Positions 6,579-14,822 of a stretch of DNA of 32,000 bases are shown one piece after another. Below the pieces are notes generated by a model, which had not been told where the DNA came from, did no database searches, and worked only from the letters and a program-made list of their open reading frames with translations. A program made the translations under genes and the position numbers. Position 1 is the stretch's first letter, and each line of letters begins with the position of its first letter. Origin of the DNA: an uncultured Planctomycetia bacterium (lineage in GTDB: Bacteria; Omnitrophota; Gorgyraeia; Duberdicusellales; 4484-171); assembly GCA_964536865.1 (NCBI GenBank), contig CAZHYN010000002.1, positions 90,001 to 122,000 on the forward strand, in the 5' to 3' direction.

Positions 6579-6607
6579 ATAATACCATAATAAGCTTCTC
6601 CTGTCAA
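6579..6607 (-). promoter_or_regulatory. Sigma70-type promoter of the fur-led operon
   Basis: The minus strand reads TTGACA (6607-6602), a 17-nt spacer ending in TGg (extended -10), then TATTAT (6584-6579). The operator starts 10 nt downstream of the -10. Confidence 0.55.
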
Positions 6608-6873
6608 GAGTAAAAGACCTGGAGTTTCCCCAAAATTTTTAAGCCAGTAAAGAGAAGAGGAAGAGCTGTTTTTCGGTACTTTGCAATTTTCTTTCCTTCC
6701 ACGGCCACTCCATCTTATATTAAATAGAATTCTAAATATCCCCAAGGCTAAGCAATAGTGTTTGAAGGGTGATATCTGAAAGAATCTTTTTGCCTTTTCA
6801 TAAATCTTCTTAAGAAGAATATTTAATCCCAAATTTTTCATTACCTGCCTGACGGCAGGCCTGCCCGCTGATG

Positions 6874-6910
6874 TTTACCCCGCCCTTTCCTTGAAAGGGC
6901 GGGGTTCGGG
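6874..6910 (-). terminator. GC-rich hairpin 3 nt after the operon stop codon; short copy of a repeated palindromic element
   Basis: The minus strand reads CCCGAACC-CCGCCCTTT-caagg-AAAGGGCGG-GGTAAA, an 11-bp G/C-rich stem with a 5-nt loop. There is no U-tract. A second hairpin (CCTGCC tgac GGCAGG) lies at 6845-6860. It is homologous to the element at 21559-21627. Confidence 0.4.
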
Positions 6911-6912
6911 GG

Positions 6913-7956
6913 TTACTCTAAGTGATCCCCCTTTAGAATCTTTCTAACTAAGTCAAAAACCTCCTCAGGTTTTATTTCTCTAAGACATAAAAATCCCTTA
7001 TTACAGTTATGAGCTAAGCACTTTTTGCACCCTACATCTTTATGTAAGTAGAAAGACTTCTCTCCTAACGGCCTCCATCTTTGAGGAGAAAGACCTTGGT
7101 TGTTTCTTCCAAATATGGAGATAACAGGAGTATTTAAGCTAGCGGCAATGTGCACAGGACCACTATCATTGGAAATAAAAATATTGGCTCGCTTCAAAAG
7201 AGAAGCTAAAGAAGAAATATCTAATCTTCCTCTTAAGTCGATTAAATCAGGATGTTCCTCGATAAGAAGCTGGCCATAAACTATCTCTGATTTAGAAGTA
7301 ATTACTGCAATTTTAGGATAAAATTCTTCTTTTAGTAATCTTATCAAAGATGAAAAGTGTCTTTGAGGCCATCTCTTGGATGGGCAAGAAGCAGAAGGAT
7401 GAATTACAAAGAGTAAATCATCTTCTTCTACTCCTCTACTTTTAAGTAACTGCTCTATATAGCGTTCCTTTTCTTCTTTTATGGGAAAATATAGAGACTT
7501 ATCAATTATCTTAATATCTATCTCTCTGAGAATATCTAAAGTATACTCCAACTCATGCTTCTGGCCTTTATCTTTAGTATGGGGAATTCTTTTAGTAAGA
7601 AGAAAACCACATTTTTTATCCCAGCCAACTCTAAAGGGAATTCCTGCAAAGTAGGTAATTAGGTGTACTCTATTTGTAGGATGCAAAATTATTGCCCAAT
7701 CAAATTTTTTTCTTCTCAACCATAAAGAAAATTTTGCAGAAGAAAACCAGCCTTTATGTCTTCCGTATTTATCATAAATGATTACCTCATCAAGATAAGG
7801 ATTTCCCTCTAATATATCCTTAGTGTAAGGCCGGCACATAAAAGCAATCCAACTATTAGGAAAGGCTATTCTTAAGTTCTTAATCACTGGCGTAGAAAGG
7901 ACTACATCTCCAATTCTGTCTGTACGAACAATCAATATTTTTTTAACTCCTCTCAT
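6913..7956 (-). CDS. Glycosyltransferase family 9 (LPS heptosyltransferase-like)
   Basis: 347 aa. N-terminus ILIVRTDRIGDVVLSTPVIKNL and the C-terminal block FISNDSGPVHIAASLNTPVISIFG are typical GT9 motifs. Confidence 0.8.
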   Translation of the reverse strand: MRGVKKILIVRTDRIGDVVLSTPVIKNLRIAFPNSWIAFMCRPYTKDILEGNPYLDEVIIYDKYGRHKGWFSSAKFSLWLRRKKFDWAIILHPTNRVHLITYFAGIPFRVGWDKKCGFLLTKRIPHTKDKGQKHELEYTLDILREIDIKIIDKSLYFPIKEEKERYIEQLLKSRGVEEDDLLFVIHPSASCPSKRWPQRHFSSLIRLLKEEFYPKIAVITSKSEIVYGQLLIEEHPDLIDLRGRLDISSLASLLKRANIFISNDSGPVHIAASLNTPVISIFGRNNQGLSPQRWRPLGEKSFYLHKDVGCKKCLAHNCNKGFLCLREIKPEEVFDLVRKILKGDHLE

Positions 7957-8872
7957 AGGATAATAACTTTCTTACTGCCTCTATTACTCTATGAGGGGAA
8001 ATCTTCATGCAATCGGAATTATAGGGACAAATTGATCTTCCACAGGGAGAACACAATAGATTTTCATTACGTAGAACTATAGATTTAGTAGACCAAGGAC
8101 CGTAACGAAGAGAAGATGTGGGGCCAAAGATAGCAACGATAGGTAGATCAATATAACTGGCTAAATGAAGAAGAGCGGAATCCACTCCTAAAAAAAGTAT
8201 AGCATAGTTTTCTAAAAGAAAGAATACTTCACTCATTGTAGTTTTACCTACCAAATCTATAACTCCTCTTATTTTAAGAATGTCTTTATAAAACTCTCTA
8301 TCTTCATTTCTCCCTACTATCACTGAAGGATAATCTTTAACTAAATCCATAATTACTTCCTTAAGGTATGGGTAACGTTTAACAGCAGAGCGAGAGGAAC
8401 AGCCCACGAATATCGAAGGAGGTATATTTTCTCGATGCCATTTTTCCTCCTCTTGGGGGGTTAATAAGAAACTACTCTTTTTAATAACTGTATTTTGGGA
8501 GGTAATTTTTCTCACTAAACTGAGATACTCATCTTTCATATGCATATCTTTGCAGGACTTCCTCCAAAACGGTGTTCTCCTCCTAATCCCCAAAAGAAAA
8601 GGCAGGAGAGAGTTTTTAAAATCAATTATTAAATCATACTTGCCCTTTAGATCATAACAGAATCTCATCTTCTCTCTTATTCTCCACCTTTTATCAAACA
8701 CAGCAACATCATCGATAAAATTATTTCTCAGTAGAAACTCCTTAGTCTTAGGAGAAACTATGGCAGTAATCTTAGCTTGAGGATAGGAGGATTTAACTTT
8801 ATCTAACACAGGGAGAGCTAAGATTGTATCTCCTAAATTAGTAGGAAAATTGAAAATTATTCTTTCAGGCAT
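7943..8872 (-). CDS. Glycosyltransferase family 9 (heptosyltransferase-like), divergent
   Basis: 309 aa. NLGDTILALPVLDKV and GVDSALLHLASYIDLPIVAIFGPT are GT9-type motifs. 14-nt overlap with the downstream gene. Confidence 0.7.
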   Translation of the reverse strand: MPERIIFNFPTNLGDTILALPVLDKVKSSYPQAKITAIVSPKTKEFLLRNNFIDDVAVFDKRWRIREKMRFCYDLKGKYDLIIDFKNSLLPFLLGIRRRTPFWRKSCKDMHMKDEYLSLVRKITSQNTVIKKSSFLLTPQEEEKWHRENIPPSIFVGCSSRSAVKRYPYLKEVIMDLVKDYPSVIVGRNEDREFYKDILKIRGVIDLVGKTTMSEVFFLLENYAILFLGVDSALLHLASYIDLPIVAIFGPTSSLRYGPWSTKSIVLRNENLLCSPCGRSICPYNSDCMKISPHRVIEAVRKLLSYERS

Positions 8873-9864
8873 TGGAGAATCTCTTTTGCCTCTCGGAAAA
8901 CCTCCTCAGCAGATACATTCTTCATGCAAATATTATTCCTACAATTCAATTTAAAACAGGGGACTTTGCATTCCTTATTCTTATAAATTAATCTAATCAA
9001 TCCTTTACCTCGTGGTCCACTGATAGAAGGATGAGTAGGACCGAATATAGCTATGAGAGGAGTCCCCACACTTGCAGCTAAGTGCATTATTCCAGTATCT
9101 GCAGAAATAAACAAATTAACTCTCTTTAAAACTGCTCCTAACTCTCTTAAGCTTGTTCTACCTACCAAAAGATAAGGCTTGTTCTTCATTAGCTTCTTTA
9201 TCTGGAAAGCTAAATCTAAATCATCTCTTGTGCCAGTAATTATAACCGAAGCATCTAACTCCTCTATTAACTTATCCCCTAACTGAGCGAAATACTCTTT
9301 TGGCCACATCTTAAGGGCCCAGTTAGCCTTAGGATGGAGAACTACTTTTAATCTACTATTTAAAATAGACGAAGGAAGAATTGAACCTACTTGTTCGATT
9401 TCTTGAGGCAAGAGAAAAAATTCTGGTTCTTTCTTACTTACTTTGAGACCTATACTCTCTATCAAATTTAAATAGTAATCCATCTTATGAGTACCTTTGG
9501 GGGGAAGGGAAATCTTCCTATTTATAAAAGTAATTTTTTTTGATTCGTATCCGTAAATATCTTTGATGTGTGCTAACTTACACATCAACGATTTAGTAAA
9601 GGAAGGTTTAAGTAGAAAGGCAGTATCAAACTCTTTCTTTGATATCCTCTTGGTAATTTTTAAATTAGAGAGCAAATCTCGGTGAGAAGAAAAAGTTATA
9701 ATCTCGTCCACAAAAGGACTGTGGATAAAAATCTGCTCCACTCTTTTATGAATTAAAATACCTATCCAACAATGAGGTTTATTTTCTTTTAAACTACGTA
9801 AGAGAGGGGTAGCCATAAGAGAATCTCCTATCCAGTTAGGTAGAAATACCAAAATCTTTTTCAT
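8857..9864 (-). CDS. Glycosyltransferase family 9 (heptosyltransferase II/WaaF-like)
   Basis: 335 aa. ILVFLPNWIGDSLMATPLLRSL and FISADTGIMHLAASVGTPLIAIFGPT. The specific acceptor cannot be assigned from sequence alone. Confidence 0.75.
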   Translation of the reverse strand: MKKILVFLPNWIGDSLMATPLLRSLKENKPHCWIGILIHKRVEQIFIHSPFVDEIITFSSHRDLLSNLKITKRISKKEFDTAFLLKPSFTKSLMCKLAHIKDIYGYESKKITFINRKISLPPKGTHKMDYYLNLIESIGLKVSKKEPEFFLLPQEIEQVGSILPSSILNSRLKVVLHPKANWALKMWPKEYFAQLGDKLIEELDASVIITGTRDDLDLAFQIKKLMKNKPYLLVGRTSLRELGAVLKRVNLFISADTGIMHLAASVGTPLIAIFGPTHPSISGPRGKGLIRLIYKNKECKVPCFKLNCRNNICMKNVSAEEVFREAKEILQCLKE

Positions 9865-9866
9865 AC

Positions 9867-10964
9867 TTAATTACTGTGGATTAAAACCTCCTCATATACC
9901 TGATAAGTAGACTCCCCCATCCTCTCTAAACTAAATCTCTCCTCCACCCTCTTTTTAGCGTTAGCTACCATCCGCCTCCTTAAATCGTTATCCTCTAAAA
10001 GAAGTTCGATAGCCTCTAAGATTTCTTTAGAATCACTCCTCTTTAAAACGACACCTGTTACTCTATTTTCTACTATCTCCTTTAAAGCGCCAGAATTTGT
10101 TACTATTACAGGGATACCCACATACTGAGCTTCAACAACTGAAAATCCAAAAGGCTCTCCCTCACTTAAGGAGAGGAAAATATCTAAATTTCTCAATACT
10201 ACTAAAGACGACAGTTTCTTTAAAAAGACAACTCTATTATCTACACCTAAATTCTTACTCATTTCCTTTAATTTTGCCTCTTCTTTCCCCTCTCCTAAAA
10301 TTAAAGTAACTGCCTTAGGATACTTCTTCAGAATAAGAGGCATAGTTTGGATAAGCAAAGAAATATTCTTTTCTGGAGCCAAGCGAGATATCATCCCTAT
10401 AACAGGATAACCATTAAAGCCTACAGGTAAGACCTCTTCCTTAATAGAATTATCTATTTGAGAAAAAGAATTGATATCAATACCGTTATAAATTACTCGT
10501 ACTTTCTTAGGATCAATCTTAAGATTTCTGATTAAGTGGTCTTTTACATAATTACTCACTGCTATGGTTCTTAACCCTGCGAAGGGAAATAGTCTTCTAA
10601 ATAGATGGGGTCGATAACATCCATGGAAAGTGGATACATAAGGAATTTTTCTAGTTGCCCATAAACGATGAGCTAAAGATTGAGTTACTCTAGTGTTAGC
10701 ATGAATAATGTCTACTTTCCTCTTTTTAAGAAATCTACTTAATATGTGAAACGATTTAGCTATCTTAGGAGAAAGAATAGACTTTGTAGCTATAGGAAGG
10801 TTTAAGACTACCGTATTACTTACTCCTACCAACTTTTTCTCCCATTCTCCTCCACTGGTTGCTACAATAACAAAATTCTTCCTTGCTAAAAATTTCGCTA
10901 AATTTATTACATAGCGGGGGATACCTCCCACATTAAGATGAGTAGTAAGAAGGAGAATCCTCAT
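9867..10964 (-). CDS. Glycosyltransferase family 4 (GT-B, retaining)
   Basis: 365 aa. N-terminus MRILLLTTHLNVGGIPRY. EX7E-type motif EGEPFGFSVVEAQYVGIPVIVT. Confidence 0.8.
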   Translation of the reverse strand: MRILLLTTHLNVGGIPRYVINLAKFLARKNFVIVATSGGEWEKKLVGVSNTVVLNLPIATKSILSPKIAKSFHILSRFLKKRKVDIIHANTRVTQSLAHRLWATRKIPYVSTFHGCYRPHLFRRLFPFAGLRTIAVSNYVKDHLIRNLKIDPKKVRVIYNGIDINSFSQIDNSIKEEVLPVGFNGYPVIGMISRLAPEKNISLLIQTMPLILKKYPKAVTLILGEGKEEAKLKEMSKNLGVDNRVVFLKKLSSLVVLRNLDIFLSLSEGEPFGFSVVEAQYVGIPVIVTNSGALKEIVENRVTGVVLKRSDSKEILEAIELLLEDNDLRRRMVANAKKRVEERFSLERMGESTYQVYEEVLIHSN

Positions 10965-13012
10965 CTTTCTATAATCTCTTTGATCTTCCTAAAAACTTCT
11001 TGGGGGCTAATACTTTTCATACAAGTATTTAACCGGCACCTTGGCTTATAACAGAAGGAGCAAGGAAGTTGTTTATATAATACATAAAGATTTCTGCTCT
11101 CTACTATATGACGTTTAGGATCGGTAGGACCAAATAGAGCGACAGTCTCTACTCCTAATGCTGCAGAAATATGCAGAGTAGCAGTATCTTGACATACAAA
11201 CACTTTAAGGATACTTAAGAGTACTATTAGTTCTTTTAGATTGGTCTTGCCACAGAGATTGATAACTCCATCTTTAAAGTTTTTTCTTATATGATTTGCT
11301 GCTTCCCTGCTATGAGAATCTCCTACTAAAACTATCTTATAAGAAGGGAATTCTTTCCTTATAAATTCTATAAGTTTAATAATATTCACTATAGGCCAGT
11401 TCTTTGTCTTCCATCTCACCGAAGCAGAAACACTTATCCCAATCAAATTTTTCTCTCCGGATAACCCTAACTTCTCTATAGAGGTAAGGGATGGCTTCTT
11501 CATAATCAATTTTCTTTCCTTTATCTCGATCCCCAATAACCGTAAGATTCTATTTTGTGACTGAAGAGGGTTGATTCTTTCTTTGGGAAACTTTACCGAG
11601 GATGTAAGAAGAAAACCAAGCTTACGGGAGAAACCGAAAGACTTCTGAGGAAAACTTAAAAAAGCAATAAGATGTGTAGCTAGATTATTCTGCAAATCTA
11701 TTATATAATCAAAACTCTCTCTCCGTAAACTATTAGAAATTTTAATAATCCTCTTCATCTTCTTATAATCTCTATCTATCCCTATTACCTTATCCACAAA
11801 GGGAAACTCATAAAACAGAGAAGCATATTTTTTTAAAGTCAAAACTACCAGTTTACTTTTAGGAAAACTCTCCTTTATCGCCTTAAGTGAAGGAATAGCT
11901 AACACTACATCACCCAAGGAAGAAACTTTTATAACTAAAATTCTTTTAAACTCTATAGCTTCTCGGTAAGTCTGAAGAATTTTACTATAACAGTTTTGGA
12001 GGGTATAAAGCGTTTCTACTTTCTTGCGCCCATTATAAGCCAGCTTCCTTGCTAAAGATGGATTATCTATCAGAGTTAAAATAGCTTCCTTTATCTGGTT
12101 GGAATCACCAGGTAAAACTAAAATGCCGTTTTTTTTATCTTCTACAATTTCCTCCAGAGCACCTACCTTGGTAGCAATTACTGGAACTCCACTAGCAAAT
12201 GCTTCTACCACCACCCTCCCAAAAGACTCCTTAGCAACGGAAGGAACTACCATAAGAGAGGCTTTTTCTAATATTCTCTCTACGTTAGACTGATACCCCA
12301 AAAATTCCACATGATAATCTAAAGATAAGCGTCTCACTAAATTCTTTAAATACTCAAAGTAATTCCATTTAGACTTCTCCGCCTCTCCTACGATAAGAAG
12401 ATTCAGATAAGGTTTCACTCTTATAACCTTATGAAATGCCTGAATAAGATACTCAAAGCCCTTAGAGGGAGATATTCTTCCTATACTTACTATTATATTG
12501 GAAGCTAACCTCTGAGAAGGATCTTTAAAAGTAAATCGAGATAGATCTACCCAACGACTGATTATTCTAATTTTTTCTTCACTGACACCGAAATTTTTCA
12601 TCATATGACGAGCAATCACCTTGGAAGGACATATAACAAATTTACCCCACCCCATTACCTTACTAAATGTATGTTTAGAATAGGCTCCATGAGCAGTAGT
12701 GATAAAGGGAATATCTCTCCCTCGAGTAGCAAAAAAAGTAACCCATGCAGGAACACGAGAGCGAGCATGAACTATCTCTGCCTTCTCTTGCTGAATAATT
12801 TTTCTCACTTTTCTTATCAGCCGAAGAGTAAGAGGGGATTTTTTATGTATGGGAAGATTATAGCAAGTTACTCCTTCTTCTTTTAATTTTGCGATTAGCC
12901 TTCCTCCCCCAGAAATAACTACCATCTCCTCCTTAAAATACTTAGCTAAATCTAAAACTCCTCGTTCCACTCCTCCTAAATCCATTTTGGGAAGAACTTG
13001 AATAACCTTCAT
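10961..13012 (-). CDS. Bifunctional GT4-GT9 fusion glycosyltransferase
   Basis: 683 aa. Residues 1 to ~350 are GT4 (GGVERGVLDL..., ESFGRVVVEAFASGVPVIAT). Residues ~357 to 683 are GT9 (ILVIKVSSLGDVVLAIPSLKAI..., VCQDTATLHISAALGVETVALFGPT). Confidence 0.8.
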   Translation of the reverse strand: MKVIQVLPKMDLGGVERGVLDLAKYFKEEMVVISGGGRLIAKLKEEGVTCYNLPIHKKSPLTLRLIRKVRKIIQQEKAEIVHARSRVPAWVTFFATRGRDIPFITTAHGAYSKHTFSKVMGWGKFVICPSKVIARHMMKNFGVSEEKIRIISRWVDLSRFTFKDPSQRLASNIIVSIGRISPSKGFEYLIQAFHKVIRVKPYLNLLIVGEAEKSKWNYFEYLKNLVRRLSLDYHVEFLGYQSNVERILEKASLMVVPSVAKESFGRVVVEAFASGVPVIATKVGALEEIVEDKKNGILVLPGDSNQIKEAILTLIDNPSLARKLAYNGRKKVETLYTLQNCYSKILQTYREAIEFKRILVIKVSSLGDVVLAIPSLKAIKESFPKSKLVVLTLKKYASLFYEFPFVDKVIGIDRDYKKMKRIIKISNSLRRESFDYIIDLQNNLATHLIAFLSFPQKSFGFSRKLGFLLTSSVKFPKERINPLQSQNRILRLLGIEIKERKLIMKKPSLTSIEKLGLSGEKNLIGISVSASVRWKTKNWPIVNIIKLIEFIRKEFPSYKIVLVGDSHSREAANHIRKNFKDGVINLCGKTNLKELIVLLSILKVFVCQDTATLHISAALGVETVALFGPTDPKRHIVESRNLYVLYKQLPCSFCYKPRCRLNTCMKSISPQEVFRKIKEIIER

Positions 13013-13013
13013 C

Positions 13014-14822
13014 TTAAAGAAGCACCTCTTTTGCTTTCTGTAGTTGAGAGTAATTATACTCCCATAAACTTTTCTGAGGAGCTTGAAAAGTAAAATTATT
13101 GTAAGGAAAAACTAAAAAGTTTAGAAAATCATCCTTTAAAGAATTCAAAAAATTTAGATGACGGGATCTCATCTTCTCCAGAAGAACACTCACTGTAAGT
13201 TTACCTATACTAAGGCTCTCAGAAATCATGGAAACACTATCGCTAGAGACAAAAACAATCTCACTTAAAGAAACAAACGTTTCCATTATAAAAGGATAAT
13301 TTTTTTCTCTAACTACTATTAAAGACTCTAAATTAGGAAAGTTAGCTAAACTCTCTCTAATTATCTTCTCTACAGAAAGAGAAGTACGTCTTGAAGTAGA
13401 AACAAGTAGTTTATAGCCTTCAGTAAAGGAGAACTCTTTTAACCTACTCAGAAAAATTTTCAAATTCTCACAGAACTCCTCCTCTCTATGAAGAAAATTT
13501 CCTAAGAACAAAGAAATTTTCTTACACTCTCCTAAATTAAGAAATCTTTTGCCTTCCTCCACTTTTTTTTGAAGATCCTTAAAATGCGTTAATGCTCCTT
13601 TTATCTGCACTACATTCTTTCCTCTAACTCCATCATGATGAGGGACTATAACTAAATCGAATTTAGAAAGAGCTACATTGGGTTTTAAAATGCAACATGA
13701 CTTTGCTCCTAAACTTTTAGAATAAATAGCACATACCGGAGCACACAAAGAACCAGCACTCACTACTAAATCAAAAAAATTCTTCGACATAAACTCAGCA
13801 GTGTAGGAATCAAGAAAAAGTTTTAGACATCTACCACATCCTAAGCAATTCTTTGTTGAGAAAAAAGCAAAAATTTCTGCTAATAATCTGGCAAATCTAT
13901 TTTTGTAATTTATCTCCAATATATCTTTTTCTATAGAATAAGGAAGCTCCTCAAGCACATCTACCAAACTTAAAGACTGCTTAAGGTGACCGACCTTCCC
14001 ATCGGTAAGAATGAGAATTCTCCTCTTCTTTTTTCTCTTAAACCTTTTATACCACCAAAGATAGGACCAAGGGTAAGAAGTTAAGAAATCTTCAAAAACT
14101 TCGTTTATTTCTCTTAATATTTCTCTACTCTCCCTTCCTTCACAATCTATAGGCTTCTCTATAATTCCTATATGATAGTTACCTTCTCTATATCCAAAAG
14201 CAGGATAAATTTTTCTTCCAAATTTCTTAGCTAAATACACTGCCCCCCCAGGAGTAGGAACAGGGATATTAAAAAAATCTACAATCTCAGAATTTTTCTC
14301 TGCTCCATGATCCGCTACCATCCCTACCCACCAGTTTTTTTTAAGTAGTTTTACAACTTCTTTTAAAGAAGTGCATATCTTTAAACTACTCTTCTCTCTA
14401 AGTTCATTTAAAAATTTATTCATAGCAGGGTTTCTCTGCTCTCTAACAAAGATAGCGTATTTAAACCTGTCTGCTAAACAACTATTATAAAGCTCCCAAC
14501 TCCCCTCATGGATGCCTACTAAAATATTTCCCCAAGGAGGCAAAGCTTCTCGGAATTGAATGCGAACTCTATTTTTTAATCTATCTACGATAAGTGTTTC
14601 TATAAAACTTATCCCAAAAGAGATAAAACTCTTTCTGATGATGGAAAATATAGACTTATTAGTTTTTTTAGGAAATACTTGCTTTAAGTTTATAAAGGCA
14701 ATTCTCTTTTTTTTCTTATCAAAGTAGTAAAATCCTAACCCTACTACTTTCCCTAAGGCCAAAGAAAGAGATAGAGGTAATAATCTAACCAACCTATAGA
14801 CTAACCTTATCAGTAAGTACAT
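13014..14822 (-). CDS. Lipid A late acyltransferase (LpxL/HtrB family) fused to an ELM1/DUF1022-like domain
   Basis: 602 aa. The N-terminal ~260 aa have a TM anchor and the HX4E catalytic dyad (GIHEGSWE) of the LpxL/LpxM family. The C-terminal ~340 aa begin RRILILTDGKVGHLKQSLSLVDVL, which resembles ELM1-family proteins. Confidence 0.7.
   Translation of the reverse strand: MYLLIRLVYRLVRLLPLSLSLALGKVVGLGFYYFDKKKKRIAFINLKQVFPKKTNKSIFSIIRKSFISFGISFIETLIVDRLKNRVRIQFREALPPWGNILVGIHEGSWELYNSCLADRFKYAIFVREQRNPAMNKFLNELREKSSLKICTSLKEVVKLLKKNWWVGMVADHGAEKNSEIVDFFNIPVPTPGGAVYLAKKFGRKIYPAFGYREGNYHIGIIEKPIDCEGRESREILREINEVFEDFLTSYPWSYLWWYKRFKRKKKRRILILTDGKVGHLKQSLSLVDVLEELPYSIEKDILEINYKNRFARLLAEIFAFFSTKNCLGCGRCLKLFLDSYTAEFMSKNFFDLVVSAGSLCAPVCAIYSKSLGAKSCCILKPNVALSKFDLVIVPHHDGVRGKNVVQIKGALTHFKDLQKKVEEGKRFLNLGECKKISLFLGNFLHREEEFCENLKIFLSRLKEFSFTEGYKLLVSTSRRTSLSVEKIIRESLANFPNLESLIVVREKNYPFIMETFVSLSEIVFVSSDSVSMISESLSIGKLTVSVLLEKMRSRHLNFLNSLKDDFLNFLVFPYNNFTFQAPQKSLWEYNYSQLQKAKEVLL

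Noticed and set aside
6512-6841. 109-aa minus-strand ORF that fills the large gap upstream of fur
   Set aside because: It runs straight through the near-consensus fur promoter, the operator and the fur RBS, and overlaps the fur start in another frame. It has only a weak SD, and its translation is low-complexity with no recognisable motif. It is most likely non-coding regulatory DNA.
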